This document shows, piece by piece, positions 1 to 9,309 of a stretch of 64,000 bases of DNA (position 1 is the first letter of the stretch; every line of letters starts with the position of its first letter). Origin of the DNA: an uncultured virus (IMG/VR IMGVR_UViG_2684622675_000002) (Duplodnaviria; Heunggongvirae; Uroviricota; Caudoviricetes); IMG/VR virus record IMGVR_UViG_2684622675_000002, positions 1-64,000 of that record. One strand, 5' to 3'. Under the pieces are notes generated by a model. The model saw nothing but the letters and a program-made list of their open reading frames with translations, did not search any database and was not told the origin of the DNA. Made by a program: the position numbers and the translations under genes.

Positions 1-342
1 ATGAAGGGTTTTGTGCTGACGTTGTCGTTACTCATGTTATCCGCTAACGCTATGGCTGCCGGGAAGATTATTACGGTCAGTAAGTTTGAGTTTGGCAAAC
101 AATGGGCATTTAATCGCGAAGAAGTGATGCTGGAGTGCCGCTCAGGTGATGCTTTGTTTGTGATAAACCCAAGCACGTTAGCGCAATATCCGCTAAATGA
201 TGTCGCAATGGAACAGATGAAGTCGGGTCATGTTCTGGCGAAACCATTAGATGTGCTGCTATTAGATGACAGTGAGAAACCCGGCCAAAAGATGAGTTTG
301 GAGCCTTTTCAAAAACGCGCTATGACATTATGCCAACAGTAA
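1..342 (+). CDS. yebY: YebY family periplasmic protein (DUF2511)
   Basis: Signal peptide; [16 protein letters not shown]...[12 protein letters not shown] motif; next to sdsR as in other Enterobacterales. Confidence 0.9.
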   Translation: MKGFVLTLSLLMLSANAMAAGKIITVSKFEFGKQWAFNREEVMLECRSGDALFVINPSTLAQYPLNDVAMEQMKSGHVLAKPLDVLLLDDSEKPGQKMSLEPFQKRAMTLCQQ

Positions 343-510
343 ATTTGAGTACAAAACCTAGGTGTTTATTAGTATTAATCGATGTTTAACAGACAATTGC
401 CTTTCTTAGCATGAGCACTGATTTTTTAGCGCCTAAATTAGTTTGCACCCGTTATTAATTACTTCTGTTGCTAAGTTGGCGAAACACATGTACTCGACTA
501 CGCTTAAGGA

Positions 511-614
511 GTACGGCTGAATAAGCCTACGTTAATGCCAACTTTTAGCGCACGGCTCTCTCCCAAGAGCCCTTTCCCTAGACCGAATATAGGAATCGTA
601 TTCGGTCTTTTTTT
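511..614 (+). ncRNA. sdsR: SdsR (RyeB) small RNA; overlaps the antisense SraC/RyeA locus
   Basis: Conserved TTAATGCCAACTTTTAGCGCACGGCTCTCTCCCAAGAGCC core; GACCGAATA...TATTCGGTC-T7 terminator; sigmaS-like -10 CTACGCT at 498-504. 5' end approximate. Confidence 0.88.
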
Positions 615-616
615 AA
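591..616 (+). repeat. att core (left end) AGGAATCGTATTCGGTCTTTTTTTAA
   Basis: Exact copies at 49347, 50428 and 51542; adjacent to int. Confidence 0.92.
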
Positions 617-647
617 CTTATTGATTTTAAAGGTGAATTTTGGGGTT

Positions 648-678
648 TATCGAAATTTATCGAAATTTTATCGAAATC
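648..678 (+). promoter_or_regulatory. Putative integrase arm-type sites (3x ATCGAAAT)
   Basis: Three direct repeats with 10-11 bp period between att core and int; similar triplets at 49202-49230, 49406-49432 and 51601-51627. Confidence 0.65.
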
Positions 679-692
679 TGATATTCGGTCTT

Positions 693-1775
693 TTATAGCA
701 TCACGTATTCTTTTCCTCTGGTATCAAGATATTTATCAGTCATTTTCTCCGATTTATGCCCCAGCAATTTCATCGCAAATTCCTTACCTTTTTCCTTTTC
801 ATACAGCCGTCCAGACAAACTTCTGATCTCATGAAATGTTGGTGGACTCTCATCAAAACGAAAATCTGTTCCTTTTCTCGCCGTTACGAATTTCTTTGTC
901 AGGCTATCTGGATGTAGTGATCCATCAGGGCTATTTTTCCGGATACCGGCACTTATCATAAAATCTGTTTTACTGGCTAATCTGCATCTTTCAATCACGG
1001 AGCTAAGACGTAGGCCAACGGCTTTAAGCTTAAGATCTAAGGGCAGGGAGATCATGGCTCCGGTTTTTCCCTGATCTATCTGTAATCTGCCATCAACAAT
1101 CTGGTCAAAGCGCATCAATGTTAAATCCTCACGCCGTTGGCCAGTCACCAGCGCCAGATCCATTGATAGCCCAAACCATGCCGGTAATGTGTTAGCAACA
1201 TTGCGAATGGCAAGATACTGATCCAGCTCCAGGCGCTCACGTTTCACCACTGGTTTAGCTGAACGTGTCGGTGTCACCGGGTTGTTCTCTATATGACCTT
1301 CAACAATCGCTTCTCTAAATATATCTGACAGAACCGATCGCATGGTGGCAGCCATAGTCTTTTTATCTTGCGCTACCCAGAACTCCAAAAACTCAGCAAC
1401 ATGGCGCGTGCTGATTTTTGTTAATACATTGCTGCCCAATTTTTCGCTGATCATGGCTATTTGTCCCTTGCGAACTTTGTATGTGTTTTCCGCCAGCTCT
1501 CGGCGTTTATAGATGACGTCATACCGTTTTAACCATGCTGCCAGTGTGTACTCCTGCATGCCTTTGAGCTTTTCTAGTAGCGCGACAGGAGTGTAGTTTT
1601 GTTCAATGAAATTATTGGCTTCAATGGCTTGGGATATGGCGTCTCGCCGGGCAATTTTGCCGAGAGATAATTCCTTTCCAGTTAGCGGGTTGCGCCAATA
1701 GAAAGTTTGTTGAACACGCCTAAAGGTGAGGTTTTTGGGCAAATTAGCGTCATACTTTCCCGGCCTTTTTGCCAT
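693..1775 (-). CDS. int: Phage integrase (lambda-type tyrosine recombinase)
   Basis: TGQRRED, FHEIRSL, LLGH and Y catalytic motifs; N-terminal arm-binding domain. Confidence 0.96.
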   Translation of the reverse strand: MAKRPGKYDANLPKNLTFRRVQQTFYWRNPLTGKELSLGKIARRDAISQAIEANNFIEQNYTPVALLEKLKGMQEYTLAAWLKRYDVIYKRRELAENTYKVRKGQIAMISEKLGSNVLTKISTRHVAEFLEFWVAQDKKTMAATMRSVLSDIFREAIVEGHIENNPVTPTRSAKPVVKRERLELDQYLAIRNVANTLPAWFGLSMDLALVTGQRREDLTLMRFDQIVDGRLQIDQGKTGAMISLPLDLKLKAVGLRLSSVIERCRLASKTDFMISAGIRKNSPDGSLHPDSLTKKFVTARKGTDFRFDESPPTFHEIRSLSGRLYEKEKGKEFAMKLLGHKSEKMTDKYLDTRGKEYVML

Positions 1776-2016
1776 AACCCATCTTCTCCAATATTGGCGG
1801 TATCGTAGAATGTGAAATATTCAGCGCTTTCGCCATTCTGTAGCTTTTGGGCTGTATATAAATGGCACCAGGCCGCACGCGATATTGTCTGCCGTGTTTT
1901 TCTGCTGCAGGATAAAAGTTACCGTTTCTGGCCCAACGTTGGAGTGTTTGAATCGTCGGCTTGTCAGTCGTATACGTTTCATTACACCATTCGGTTAATG
2001 TCATTAATTTAGCCAT
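1750..2016 (-). CDS. xis: Excisionase
   Basis: TLTEW...TLQRWARNG...P..K.GR.Y Xis pattern; overlaps int start. Confidence 0.88.
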   Translation of the reverse strand: MAKLMTLTEWCNETYTTDKPTIQTLQRWARNGNFYPAAEKHGRQYRVRPGAIYIQPKSYRMAKALNISHSTIPPILEKMGYGKKAGKV

Positions 2017-2088
2017 TGGTCATACCTCGATATGACCGGTCAGCATAGTAACGCGCTGACCGGTTCGGTTTTGATTTTTAAAAATCAG

Positions 2089-2601
2089 TTAGCGGACGGC
2101 TAACGAACGTTCGCCAGTTTCAAACTTGGCACCGGCTATCAATAGGCCCTCATTCAAGGCAGCTTTGATTTCATCGGCTTTTGGGGTTGTGATAATTTGC
2201 ACCTGAGAAACGGAGTCTACATATTCATCAGGCAACAAATTCACATCGGTGATGACGAGTTTTTTTGCCCCTTTTCGGGCAGTAAAGGTATTGGACGCCG
2301 TTTTGATCGAGTCTTTACCGGCCTGAATCATGCATTCCAATATATATTTACGGTAGATCTCAGCCTGATTATCAAAACTTTTCTTGCGTGCACTCATCCG
2401 TTTGGCTTCGTTGGCGCATATCTCTGCCTGACCCTGCGTGTTACGAACCAATGCCATCAAAGCATCAAACTTATCTTCCAGCATGCCCTCAATGCCAGAG
2501 AGTGTATCAGCGACCATTTCGGGGGTGAGTTCATCACCGCTATCGGCCATTTCCTGCAATTTTCGGTAATCAGTGGCTAATGATATGGCGCTTGTGCTCA
2601 T
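2089..2601 (-). CDS. Siphovirus Gp157-family protein
   Basis: Coiled N-terminus (DTLSGIEG); C-terminal LPDEY...IKAAL...GA motif; sits in recombination module. Confidence 0.8.
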   Translation of the reverse strand: MSTSAISLATDYRKLQEMADSGDELTPEMVADTLSGIEGMLEDKFDALMALVRNTQGQAEICANEAKRMSARKKSFDNQAEIYRKYILECMIQAGKDSIKTASNTFTARKGAKKLVITDVNLLPDEYVDSVSQVQIITTPKADEIKAALNEGLLIAGAKFETGERSLAVR

Positions 2602-4745
2602 GCCTTTTCTCCCTCAGTGACAAATTTTGCCAGGCACTCATCTTTGATTTGATTCAAACGGGTTAGGCGTCCGGTCAGATATTTGACGTGCTCATCATCA
2701 TGGGATGATTCAGCATTCTTGAGATGAACCCCGATGGTGCGTGTTAGTGAAGTGCTGATTTTTGTCACTTCATTCGCCGTGACTGCTGTTTTCATCGTCT
2801 CGGTATTGGCTTTGAATTTGTCATCTAACTCTTTACGTAGACGAACCACATCATCAGCTTTAGTGCTGGCATTTTTAATACCGAACTCAATATTATTGTC
2901 GGCGGTGTATTCAGCATCATCAAACAGGCCCATAAACACATCAGCGCTGAAACCAAGCTGTGCTAATGCTTTGGTCGTGGCGTCCGTTAGGCTTTTTTTG
3001 CTGACTTCATCGTCACAAATGAAACCGTTGGTACTCTGATAAATATGCTTGGTATGACCAAAAGCAGGGAAGCGGCCCCGGCCTCCTGCGTGTTGGTACC
3101 ACAGTTCAATCCGCATAGTGTGATTGGATGTCCGTAGAATGGTTCCATCCCCATCACGCATTGGTTTACGCCCGATTTCTCGATTGTTGCTATCCAGAAC
3201 CGACTCCATAAATGGGATGCCGGGTATAAATTCTTCACTGATAATATCCACGCCCCAGCCGCTACCAAAGGGGCCAAAAATCTCCGTGGCTCTCATTGTC
3301 TGATAGGTAGGATTGATGCTGGTCACAGAGCGAATGACTTTGCCATTTTTGGTAGTGTCTTTTCGCTTGGTACGCGCTGGATCGGTGCGCTGTACTGATT
3401 TCCAGATACTTAAATTATCCTGAGACTCTTTTGGTAACTTAGAGATATCCTGATCAATCTGTGATGCACGTTGCTGGAACTCATCTGCAGCAAGAAGCGG
3501 TAATTCAGGCTCTATCTGCTCGCGGGTATGTGTCTCGGCATTAATGCTCGCTGTTTCATCATTAATGGTGCTATTGGCAATGTTCGATGCATGATTTGGT
3601 TGTTCTGTTGCGCCTTTTGGCTCTTTTGTATCAGTTTTTGGTTTTTCGATTGTACTGGTATTCACCGGTGAATCGTTGGCTGCACCGGTCAAGCCATCAA
3701 CGCTAAATTTGCCATCGCCAAGGTTTGCTACTTTCACATCATCGGCTTTGATTACATCAAGCTGTAAACACTGATTGATATAGGTTTTCAGCTTGGCTGG
3801 GTCTTTATGAATATCCAATTCAGCACCGCGGATCATTGCAAATAAATCATCACGGGTAACATCCAGTATGGTTGGAATGACTCGTAAAGCAGTCGACCAG
3901 CGACGCCACGCTTCATCGCCTTTTGCTACTTTTTCTTTAGCACCACGATAAATAGAAGGGGGTACTTCCCAAACGTCATAATCTCCGGGGAACAAGGCAC
4001 AGGCAACTTCAACATCTAGCGAAGCATAATCATGCTTATAGCCGCGCTCATGATTGCCTGTAGGGGAAGAATTGGTTGGTTCATTAGCTTGGCTGGTAGG
4101 GTGTTCACGCTCATCCGGACGGGACATAATCCACTTTTCAGCAAATTTATTGACGTCAGGCCATGACTTAAAGGGGGGCGTGTGGCCCTGAATATCATCA
4201 ATCAACTGGGCCAATGAAGTAATCAACATGTGTTTAATTTGGGGTAGGCGCGGGAGACCATCAATTATTGCTCGATACAAAGGTTCCGATTCATCGTCAT
4301 TAATTAAGTCATAAGCATTTGACAATAAATGGCTATCTACTGTTTCTGGTTCTACCCCGTATAACAAGATATAAGCAACTCTCACGTCTATTGGTAAATT
4401 GAATATATCCTTTATGTTTTCAATTTCATCATTATTTTGAATAGGGATAGGTTCAAATTCTTTAGACTCATCGTTCCACTGATTATGCTCCATCCATTCA
4501 GTGCTAAATATGGCATTATCATCAGAGTCATCATGAACTGGTGGGCGAGGGGAGCCGACACGATCAGCACAAACTTTAGGCGCAAAGAAATTACCACTTG
4601 AACCGGGGAATTCACCCTCTAATAACATGGTGGATTTCATTGTTGCCATTTTTTGATTTTTGGCATCAACAGTAATTGCCATGGCGACAGCACCATTTGC
4701 CATGGCAGATTTTTTGGGTAGAAACCCACATATAAATAAGCTCAT
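2598..4745 (-). CDS. Recombination protein: RecE-N-like region fused to a Rad52/Sak-like annealing domain
   Basis: C-terminal SINPTY...EIFGPFGSGWG and KKSLTDATTKALAQLGFSADVF; N-terminal part resembles the non-catalytic part of RecE. Confidence 0.65.
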   Translation of the reverse strand: MSLFICGFLPKKSAMANGAVAMAITVDAKNQKMATMKSTMLLEGEFPGSSGNFFAPKVCADRVGSPRPPVHDDSDDNAIFSTEWMEHNQWNDESKEFEPIPIQNNDEIENIKDIFNLPIDVRVAYILLYGVEPETVDSHLLSNAYDLINDDESEPLYRAIIDGLPRLPQIKHMLITSLAQLIDDIQGHTPPFKSWPDVNKFAEKWIMSRPDEREHPTSQANEPTNSSPTGNHERGYKHDYASLDVEVACALFPGDYDVWEVPPSIYRGAKEKVAKGDEAWRRWSTALRVIPTILDVTRDDLFAMIRGAELDIHKDPAKLKTYINQCLQLDVIKADDVKVANLGDGKFSVDGLTGAANDSPVNTSTIEKPKTDTKEPKGATEQPNHASNIANSTINDETASINAETHTREQIEPELPLLAADEFQQRASQIDQDISKLPKESQDNLSIWKSVQRTDPARTKRKDTTKNGKVIRSVTSINPTYQTMRATEIFGPFGSGWGVDIISEEFIPGIPFMESVLDSNNREIGRKPMRDGDGTILRTSNHTMRIELWYQHAGGRGRFPAFGHTKHIYQSTNGFICDDEVSKKSLTDATTKALAQLGFSADVFMGLFDDAEYTADNNIEFGIKNASTKADDVVRLRKELDDKFKANTETMKTAVTANEVTKISTSLTRTIGVHLKNAESSHDDEHVKYLTGRLTRLNQIKDECLAKFVTEGEKA

Positions 4746-4758
4746 TGGTCATTCCTCG

Positions 4759-5073
4759 CTAATTATTTTTAATCTGATAATAACAATCGGTAAATTCGAT
4801 TAATTTATCGGTTGGTAATACGTGTCTTAAAGACTCAGAATCACACTTTTTAATTTGCTCTAAGGCGAGAGAAATTAAATCACGTACATCAACAGATCCT
4901 GTTTCAATAAGGTCCGTAACTGTTCCCATAATGGCATCAGAGCTTGCTCCAACCTCTACTAGTGCTGGAGATTTAGCCGTATTAACAATAGTAATAGAAT
5001 CAGCCAGGATTCTTAATGTTGTCTTTTGCATAAAGATCCCTATATAATTTTGGCGTCCAGTGGTGGAAGCCAT
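4759..5073 (-). CDS. Hypothetical phage protein
   Basis: 104-aa ORF preceded by the recurring RBS linker. Confidence 0.6.
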   Translation of the reverse strand: MASTTGRQNYIGIFMQKTTLRILADSITIVNTAKSPALVEVGASSDAIMGTVTDLIETGSVDVRDLISLALEQIKKCDSESLRHVLPTDKLIEFTDCYYQIKNN

Positions 5074-5282
5074 TGGTCATACCTCGCTGGAGTCGGTTTG
5101 GTCGCTGACTCCGCCGTCACCGGGACGTTAAGCCGGTAAGATAGTCCGCCTTGCGCGGGCTTTTTTACATCCCCAAAGCAGAATGACAAGAATGAGTTGC
5201 TGTCACTCACGCTATTTAGCAGCGTTTTACCCACTTTAATTAGCTGAGATTGATGACTGTTTCACGGTGTTAGCTACTAAAG

Positions 5283-5615
5283 TTAATGTTTTTCCTGAGG
5301 TGCTAAATCATTTACAAATTTTGATAGCAAAGCGATTAATAACAAATCACGGACTTGTTTCTTACCGAGACTAAAATTGGCTTCAATTGCTTCATCTTCA
5401 CCAATGCCAATATAATTTTTGGCGGCAGCTTTAATTGCGCATCCCATACAATGGTAATCACCCAACGTTTCACCATTAGGTAATACAATAGATGCGGCAG
5501 GTAATTTTGAATTTGTATTTTTAACTGCATACCCGATGATTTCATTATCTGTTGATAATTGAGCAACAGCATCATGAAGTGGTTTAATAGATAATTTAAT
5601 TTCTTTAAATTTCAT
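5283..5615 (-). CDS. Hypothetical phage protein
   Basis: 110-aa ORF preceded by the RBS linker; CxxC motif. Confidence 0.65.
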   Translation of the reverse strand: MKFKEIKLSIKPLHDAVAQLSTDNEIIGYAVKNTNSKLPAASIVLPNGETLGDYHCMGCAIKAAAKNYIGIGEDEAIEANFSLGKKQVRDLLLIALLSKFVNDLAPQEKH

Positions 5616-5628
5616 TGGTCATACCTCG

Positions 5629-5802
5629 TTATTTTTGATGAATAATGGCATCGACTGGATAACAGTTGCCGTTGAATAACCTATTTTCGAAAATTACTTT
5701 TTCACATTCTTGTTGGGTGTCATAAACTTCATAGACAATATCTCTACAAATTTCATGAGCAGGGCATACCGATACAACTAAAGCGAATAGTAGTTGCTCC
5801 AT
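5629..5802 (-). CDS. DUF1482/YebW-like small protein (57 aa, not in ORF track)
   Basis: Manual translation MEQLLFALVVSVCPAHEICRDIVYEVYDTQQECEKVIFENRLFNGNCYPVDAIIHQK; RBS AGGA. Confidence 0.75.
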   Translation of the reverse strand: MEQLLFALVVSVCPAHEICRDIVYEVYDTQQECEKVIFENRLFNGNCYPVDAIIHQK

Positions 5803-5823
5803 AAACTTCCTGAATATTAAGGG

Positions 5824-6042
5824 TTAAATTATCTCGGCAGTTGCTTTCCCACCATCAGTAATTTTTAGATAAATCGATTCGCAATAAGGGCAAGTCGCCA
5901 GTGAATCCCAAACTGTGTTATCTATTCCTCTGCGTGTTTCAATTTCTTTATTACATACTGGGCAGCTAAGAGTGATGAAATTCACCCCCTTAGCTTTAGC
6001 TTGTGCAACGTATTTACTGTGGTCATCCAATAGTTTTCCCAT
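5824..6042 (-). CDS. Small zinc-ribbon protein
   Basis: CPVC...CPYC; first gene of the leftward operon. Confidence 0.65.
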   Translation of the reverse strand: MGKLLDDHSKYVAQAKAKGVNFITLSCPVCNKEIETRRGIDNTVWDSLATCPYCESIYLKITDGGKATAEII

Positions 6043-6120
6043 CGTCTATCCCTTTTTATCTGCTTTCAGATTGTCAGAACTTGCTTACCTAAGCGGCTGT
6101 TGTGCCGTTGATAGGATGAA

Positions 6121-6172
6121 AGTTAATTTAAACTAACAACAAATTCAACGTTAAATTTAAATAAACTTAACT
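6121..6172. promoter_or_regulatory. Putative left operator/promoter
   Basis: GTTAATTTAAACTAACAA nearly identical to GTTAATTAAAACTAACAA at 6660-6677 between repressor and cro. Confidence 0.55.
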
Positions 6173-6215
6173 TTAGGTGTGTGAAATAACATAACAAATT
6201 GATTCTATTGAGTAT

Positions 6216-6608
6216 TTATTTTTTGAGGTTTTTTCTTGCCTGTAATAGTTCTTCAAAAAGTCTATTAAGACCATCAACTTTAAGCCGAAGATCGACCAAA
6301 TGTTGCTCTTTCTCTGACTCAGGAAGTGCGGCAAACAATTGAATTAATTCAATTTCTTTCTCATCGAGTTCTGGTGGGCTTTTTACTGCTGGGAGTGGGG
6401 ATTTATCAGTATCACCGAAAAGAATCCATGTTGGTGAACACTGCAAAGCAGAACTTAGGGCAAACAAATTCTTACCTGTCGGGGAACTATCATTACTTTC
6501 CCACTGTGAAATTGTGACATGCGACACTTTCACTGCCTTTGCAAGGCTGCGTTGGGTAAGTTGCAGCTCATTTCGCCGCTCTCTGATGCGTTCACCGGGA
6601 TTTTTCAT
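6216..6608 (-). CDS. CI-type repressor, DicA-like XRE HTH
   Basis: GERIR..R...TQRSLAKAVKVSHVTISQWE...LQCSPTWILFG; divergent from cro-like gene. Confidence 0.9.
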   Translation of the reverse strand: MKNPGERIRERRNELQLTQRSLAKAVKVSHVTISQWESNDSSPTGKNLFALSSALQCSPTWILFGDTDKSPLPAVKSPPELDEKEIELIQLFAALPESEKEQHLVDLRLKVDGLNRLFEELLQARKNLKK

Positions 6609-6690
6609 AGTTAGGTAATACTAAATTCTCTTGACTTAAATTTCTTGAACACATAGCTTGTTAATTAAAACTAACAAGGGGTGAAGTCAC

Positions 6691-6888
6691 GTGTTAAAAA
6701 AAGATGCCATTAAGTATTTCGGAACAAAGAGTGCCTTAGCTAAAGCTGCTGGGGTTAAGCCGCCATCAGTTTCAGCTTGGGGCGAGTTAGTACCTGAAAA
6801 GCGAGCAGTCCGTTTGGAGAAAGCATCTAACGGTGAATTGCACTATGACCCTTTCAACTATGACAAGCCTATTACATCAGCTCAGTAA
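6691..6888 (+). CDS. Cro/DicC-like regulator
   Basis: MLKKDAIKYFGTKSALAKAAGV...VSAWGELVPE. Confidence 0.88.
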   Translation: MLKKDAIKYFGTKSALAKAAGVKPPSVSAWGELVPEKRAVRLEKASNGELHYDPFNYDKPITSAQ

Positions 6889-6889
6889 G

Positions 6890-6911
6890 AACTGATTTTT
6901 AAAAATCAGTT
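6890..6911. promoter_or_regulatory. Perfect 22-bp palindrome, putative YdaT/CII-like site
   Basis: AACTGATTTTTAAAAATCAGTT; second copy at 2071-2090. Confidence 0.7.
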
Positions 6912-6928
6912 TCCACAAGGAGATAGCT

Positions 6929-7369
6929 GTGAAATTAAAACATGATGCCATCTGCGCGGAATTGCGTGGTTGGGCAGCGGAAACCAAACAGGAAATTGTA
7001 GCGGCAGAAATAGCACAGGCTTATTTCGCTTTGGGGGGAGGGGATCTTCCATTGACACCTGTTAACGATGAACACGCTACGCACAACAACAAGCAACGCC
7101 TATTCAGATGGATTGACAGTGACACGGACAGGTCAAGGACAAAAATCGCAGAGCTTACCCCAGCAATCCTCCGAGCATTGCCCGGAGAGCGTCGGGCCAG
7201 ATTAGAAAATCCAAATTCAGTGAATTATCTAGCCGCACAAGCATTGCGAGATTTCTCGCTAGCCATGAGTGCAGTTTTTTTGGGCTGTTCTGATATGTCA
7301 CAGAAGTTAATAAAAGCTACCGAGGCGATACATGCATTGATCCCAGTAACACAGCAGTTGATTGCATAA
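6929..7369 (+). CDS. YdaT-family (CII-equivalent) regulator
   Basis: MKLKHDAI...W...AAEIAQAYF; position after cro. Confidence 0.8.
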   Translation: MKLKHDAICAELRGWAAETKQEIVAAEIAQAYFALGGGDLPLTPVNDEHATHNNKQRLFRWIDSDTDRSRTKIAELTPAILRALPGERRARLENPNSVNYLAAQALRDFSLAMSAVFLGCSDMSQKLIKATEAIHALIPVTQQLIA

Positions 7370-7382
7370 CGAGGTATGACCA

Positions 7383-7634
7383 ATGGCCAGATTTTCCAGA
7401 GAACAAGTTGAACAACAATTACGAGATGAACTGCAGAGGGCAGGGTTTACGGAATCCGTATCCAGATCAGCAGCAATTCAAGGAGGCAAGCATTACACCG
7501 AAGTACCTAATTCCACATTCTCAAGTGCTTTAGCTTGGGCAAAAACATACGCCAAACCTTACAAACGTATTCGGGATAAACCGGCGAAGAAAGTGGTTAA
7601 ACCTAATAAGTCATGGAGGACACCACATGTCTAA
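7383..7634 (+). CDS. Hypothetical phage protein
   Basis: 83-aa ORF preceded by the RBS linker. Confidence 0.65.
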   Translation: MARFSREQVEQQLRDELQRAGFTESVSRSAAIQGGKHYTEVPNSTFSSALAWAKTYAKPYKRIRDKPAKKVVKPNKSWRTPHV

Positions 7635-7815
7635 AAAACTCACTTGGTGCAATGGCTATCGCTACGGAAACATGCCTATTACATCGAATATGGCACGGGT
7701 GGTTTTACGGCAAGTAGCACGCGAGTCCATGCAATGCCAACGGAGAGCATTTCACGCTCTTTTTAATATTAGTAACGCCAAATGTAACGTGTTCAGCGTT
7801 ACAGAAAAGCACTGA
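7627..7815 (+). CDS. Hypothetical phage protein
   Basis: Overlaps upstream stop; RBS GGAGG. Confidence 0.55.
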   Translation: MSKKLTWCNGYRYGNMPITSNMARVVLRQVARESMQCQRRAFHALFNISNAKCNVFSVTEKH

Positions 7816-7827
7816 ATCGGGGTAGGT

Positions 7828-8787
7828 ATGGCATCAAGTTGGATAAAAGTCGAAGTGATAACTCCAGATAAACCGGAGATCTTCCAACTGGCTGAAATCC
7901 TGAATATTGACCCGGATACAGTACTTGGAAAGTTAATCCGTGTCTGGGTCTGGGCTGATCAACAGACCATCGACGGTAACGCAGATGGTAACGCGGTCAG
8001 CGTTACAAGAATTGGCATTGACCGTATCACTTTTATGCCTGGCTTTGCTGATGCACTGATAACAGTTGGATGGTTAAAACATGACTGCGGGAAAATGTAC
8101 TTTCCTGACTTTGATCGCCATAACGGAAAAGGCTCTAAAAAACGGGCAGTTACAAGCAGACGCGTTACAGAATTCAGAGATTCCAAGGCAAAAAGTAACG
8201 TCAAGGGTAACGCTGGTGGCGTTACACAGCAGGATCAAAAAGCGTTACCAGAGGAAGAGTTAGAAGAAGATAAAGAACTAAAAGATAAAACCCTATTGTC
8301 CCATGGCGAAAATAACGCCACAGGACCGAATGAAAATAATTTGCCTCCGAATCCCGAACTGGACCCCCAAGAGGCCGGAGGCAAAAACAAGCGGCATGAA
8401 TACCCGCCAGAATTCGAGGCGGCTTGGTTGATATATCCCCGTCGACCGGGAAGTCCTGACAAGCACGGCGCTCTTAAAGCCTGGAATGCAAGACTGCGAG
8501 ACGGCGTAACGACTGATGCGATGTTGGAAGGGGTGAGGCGCTATGCGGAGTTCGTCAAGGCGACGGGGAAAGCTGGCACGGAATTTATCAAACAGGCAAA
8601 AACATTTTTTGGACCGTCGAAGCATTTCGACGATGAGTGGCAAGTAAGTACAGGAGAAAATCATGTGGAATTCAGATTCAACCAGAGCGACCCACGACCG
8701 TACTCTGAGCAATACCTTAGTTGGGAACAACAACAGGGGATCACAGGCATGGAACCTATGGGATCTCATGATCAAAATCTACGCTAA
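7828..8787 (+). CDS. Phage replication initiator
   Basis: WIKVE..TPDKPE N-terminus; FEAAW..YPRR and FIKQAKTFFG C-terminal motifs; internal GTAACG iterons. Confidence 0.8.
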   Translation: MASSWIKVEVITPDKPEIFQLAEILNIDPDTVLGKLIRVWVWADQQTIDGNADGNAVSVTRIGIDRITFMPGFADALITVGWLKHDCGKMYFPDFDRHNGKGSKKRAVTSRRVTEFRDSKAKSNVKGNAGGVTQQDQKALPEEELEEDKELKDKTLLSHGENNATGPNENNLPPNPELDPQEAGGKNKRHEYPPEFEAAWLIYPRRPGSPDKHGALKAWNARLRDGVTTDAMLEGVRRYAEFVKATGKAGTEFIKQAKTFFGPSKHFDDEWQVSTGENHVEFRFNQSDPRPYSEQYLSWEQQQGITGMEPMGSHDQNLR

Positions 8788-9295
8788 CCGCTGGACTGCG
8801 AAGAATGGCAATCGCCCGTCTGAACTGTGGGAGCGTCAGATTGACACAATGACAGGTGACCAACTCCAGCGAGTCTGCACTGCATGCATGAAACGTTGTG
8901 AATCTGGTAACTCTTGGCCTCCAGATTTTGCCGAGTTTGTCACTCTCGTTGCTGAACATGGCGGCGGTCATCTGGGCTTAACCGTGATTGATGTTCTCGC
9001 CGAGCTTAAGCGCTACCGGAATGAATTTTATAAATACAGTTGTGCTGAGGAATTCAACTGGCGCCACCCGGTTTTATATCAAATCTGCGTAGACCTTAAG
9101 CGCCTTGGAATTGAAAAAAGGCTTACTGATACCGGACTAGAAACACAGGCAGGTATCGAGCTGGCCAAGTGGCAAAAGCGCGTTGCTAGTGGTGTACCAA
9201 TCCCTCCCATTCGCCGCCAATTGAAAACACCTGACCGACCATCAGGATTAACCCCGGCACAGCAACTAGCAGCAGGAAACCGATACGTTAAATAA
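8663..9295 (+). CDS. Replication protein P-like helicase loader (true start may be later, e.g. 8768)
   Basis: WPPDFAEF and W.HPVLY motifs; follows the initiator. Confidence 0.7.
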   Translation: MWNSDSTRATHDRTLSNTLVGNNNRGSQAWNLWDLMIKIYANRWTAKNGNRPSELWERQIDTMTGDQLQRVCTACMKRCESGNSWPPDFAEFVTLVAEHGGGHLGLTVIDVLAELKRYRNEFYKYSCAEEFNWRHPVLYQICVDLKRLGIEKRLTDTGLETQAGIELAKWQKRVASGVPIPPIRRQLKTPDRPSGLTPAQQLAAGNRYVK

Positions 9296-9309
9296 GCGAG
9301 GTATGACCA

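Noticed and set aside
5040..5234. 64-aa ORF or DicF-like RNA in the left operon
   Set aside because: A hairpin is present but I cannot support either call from sequence alone
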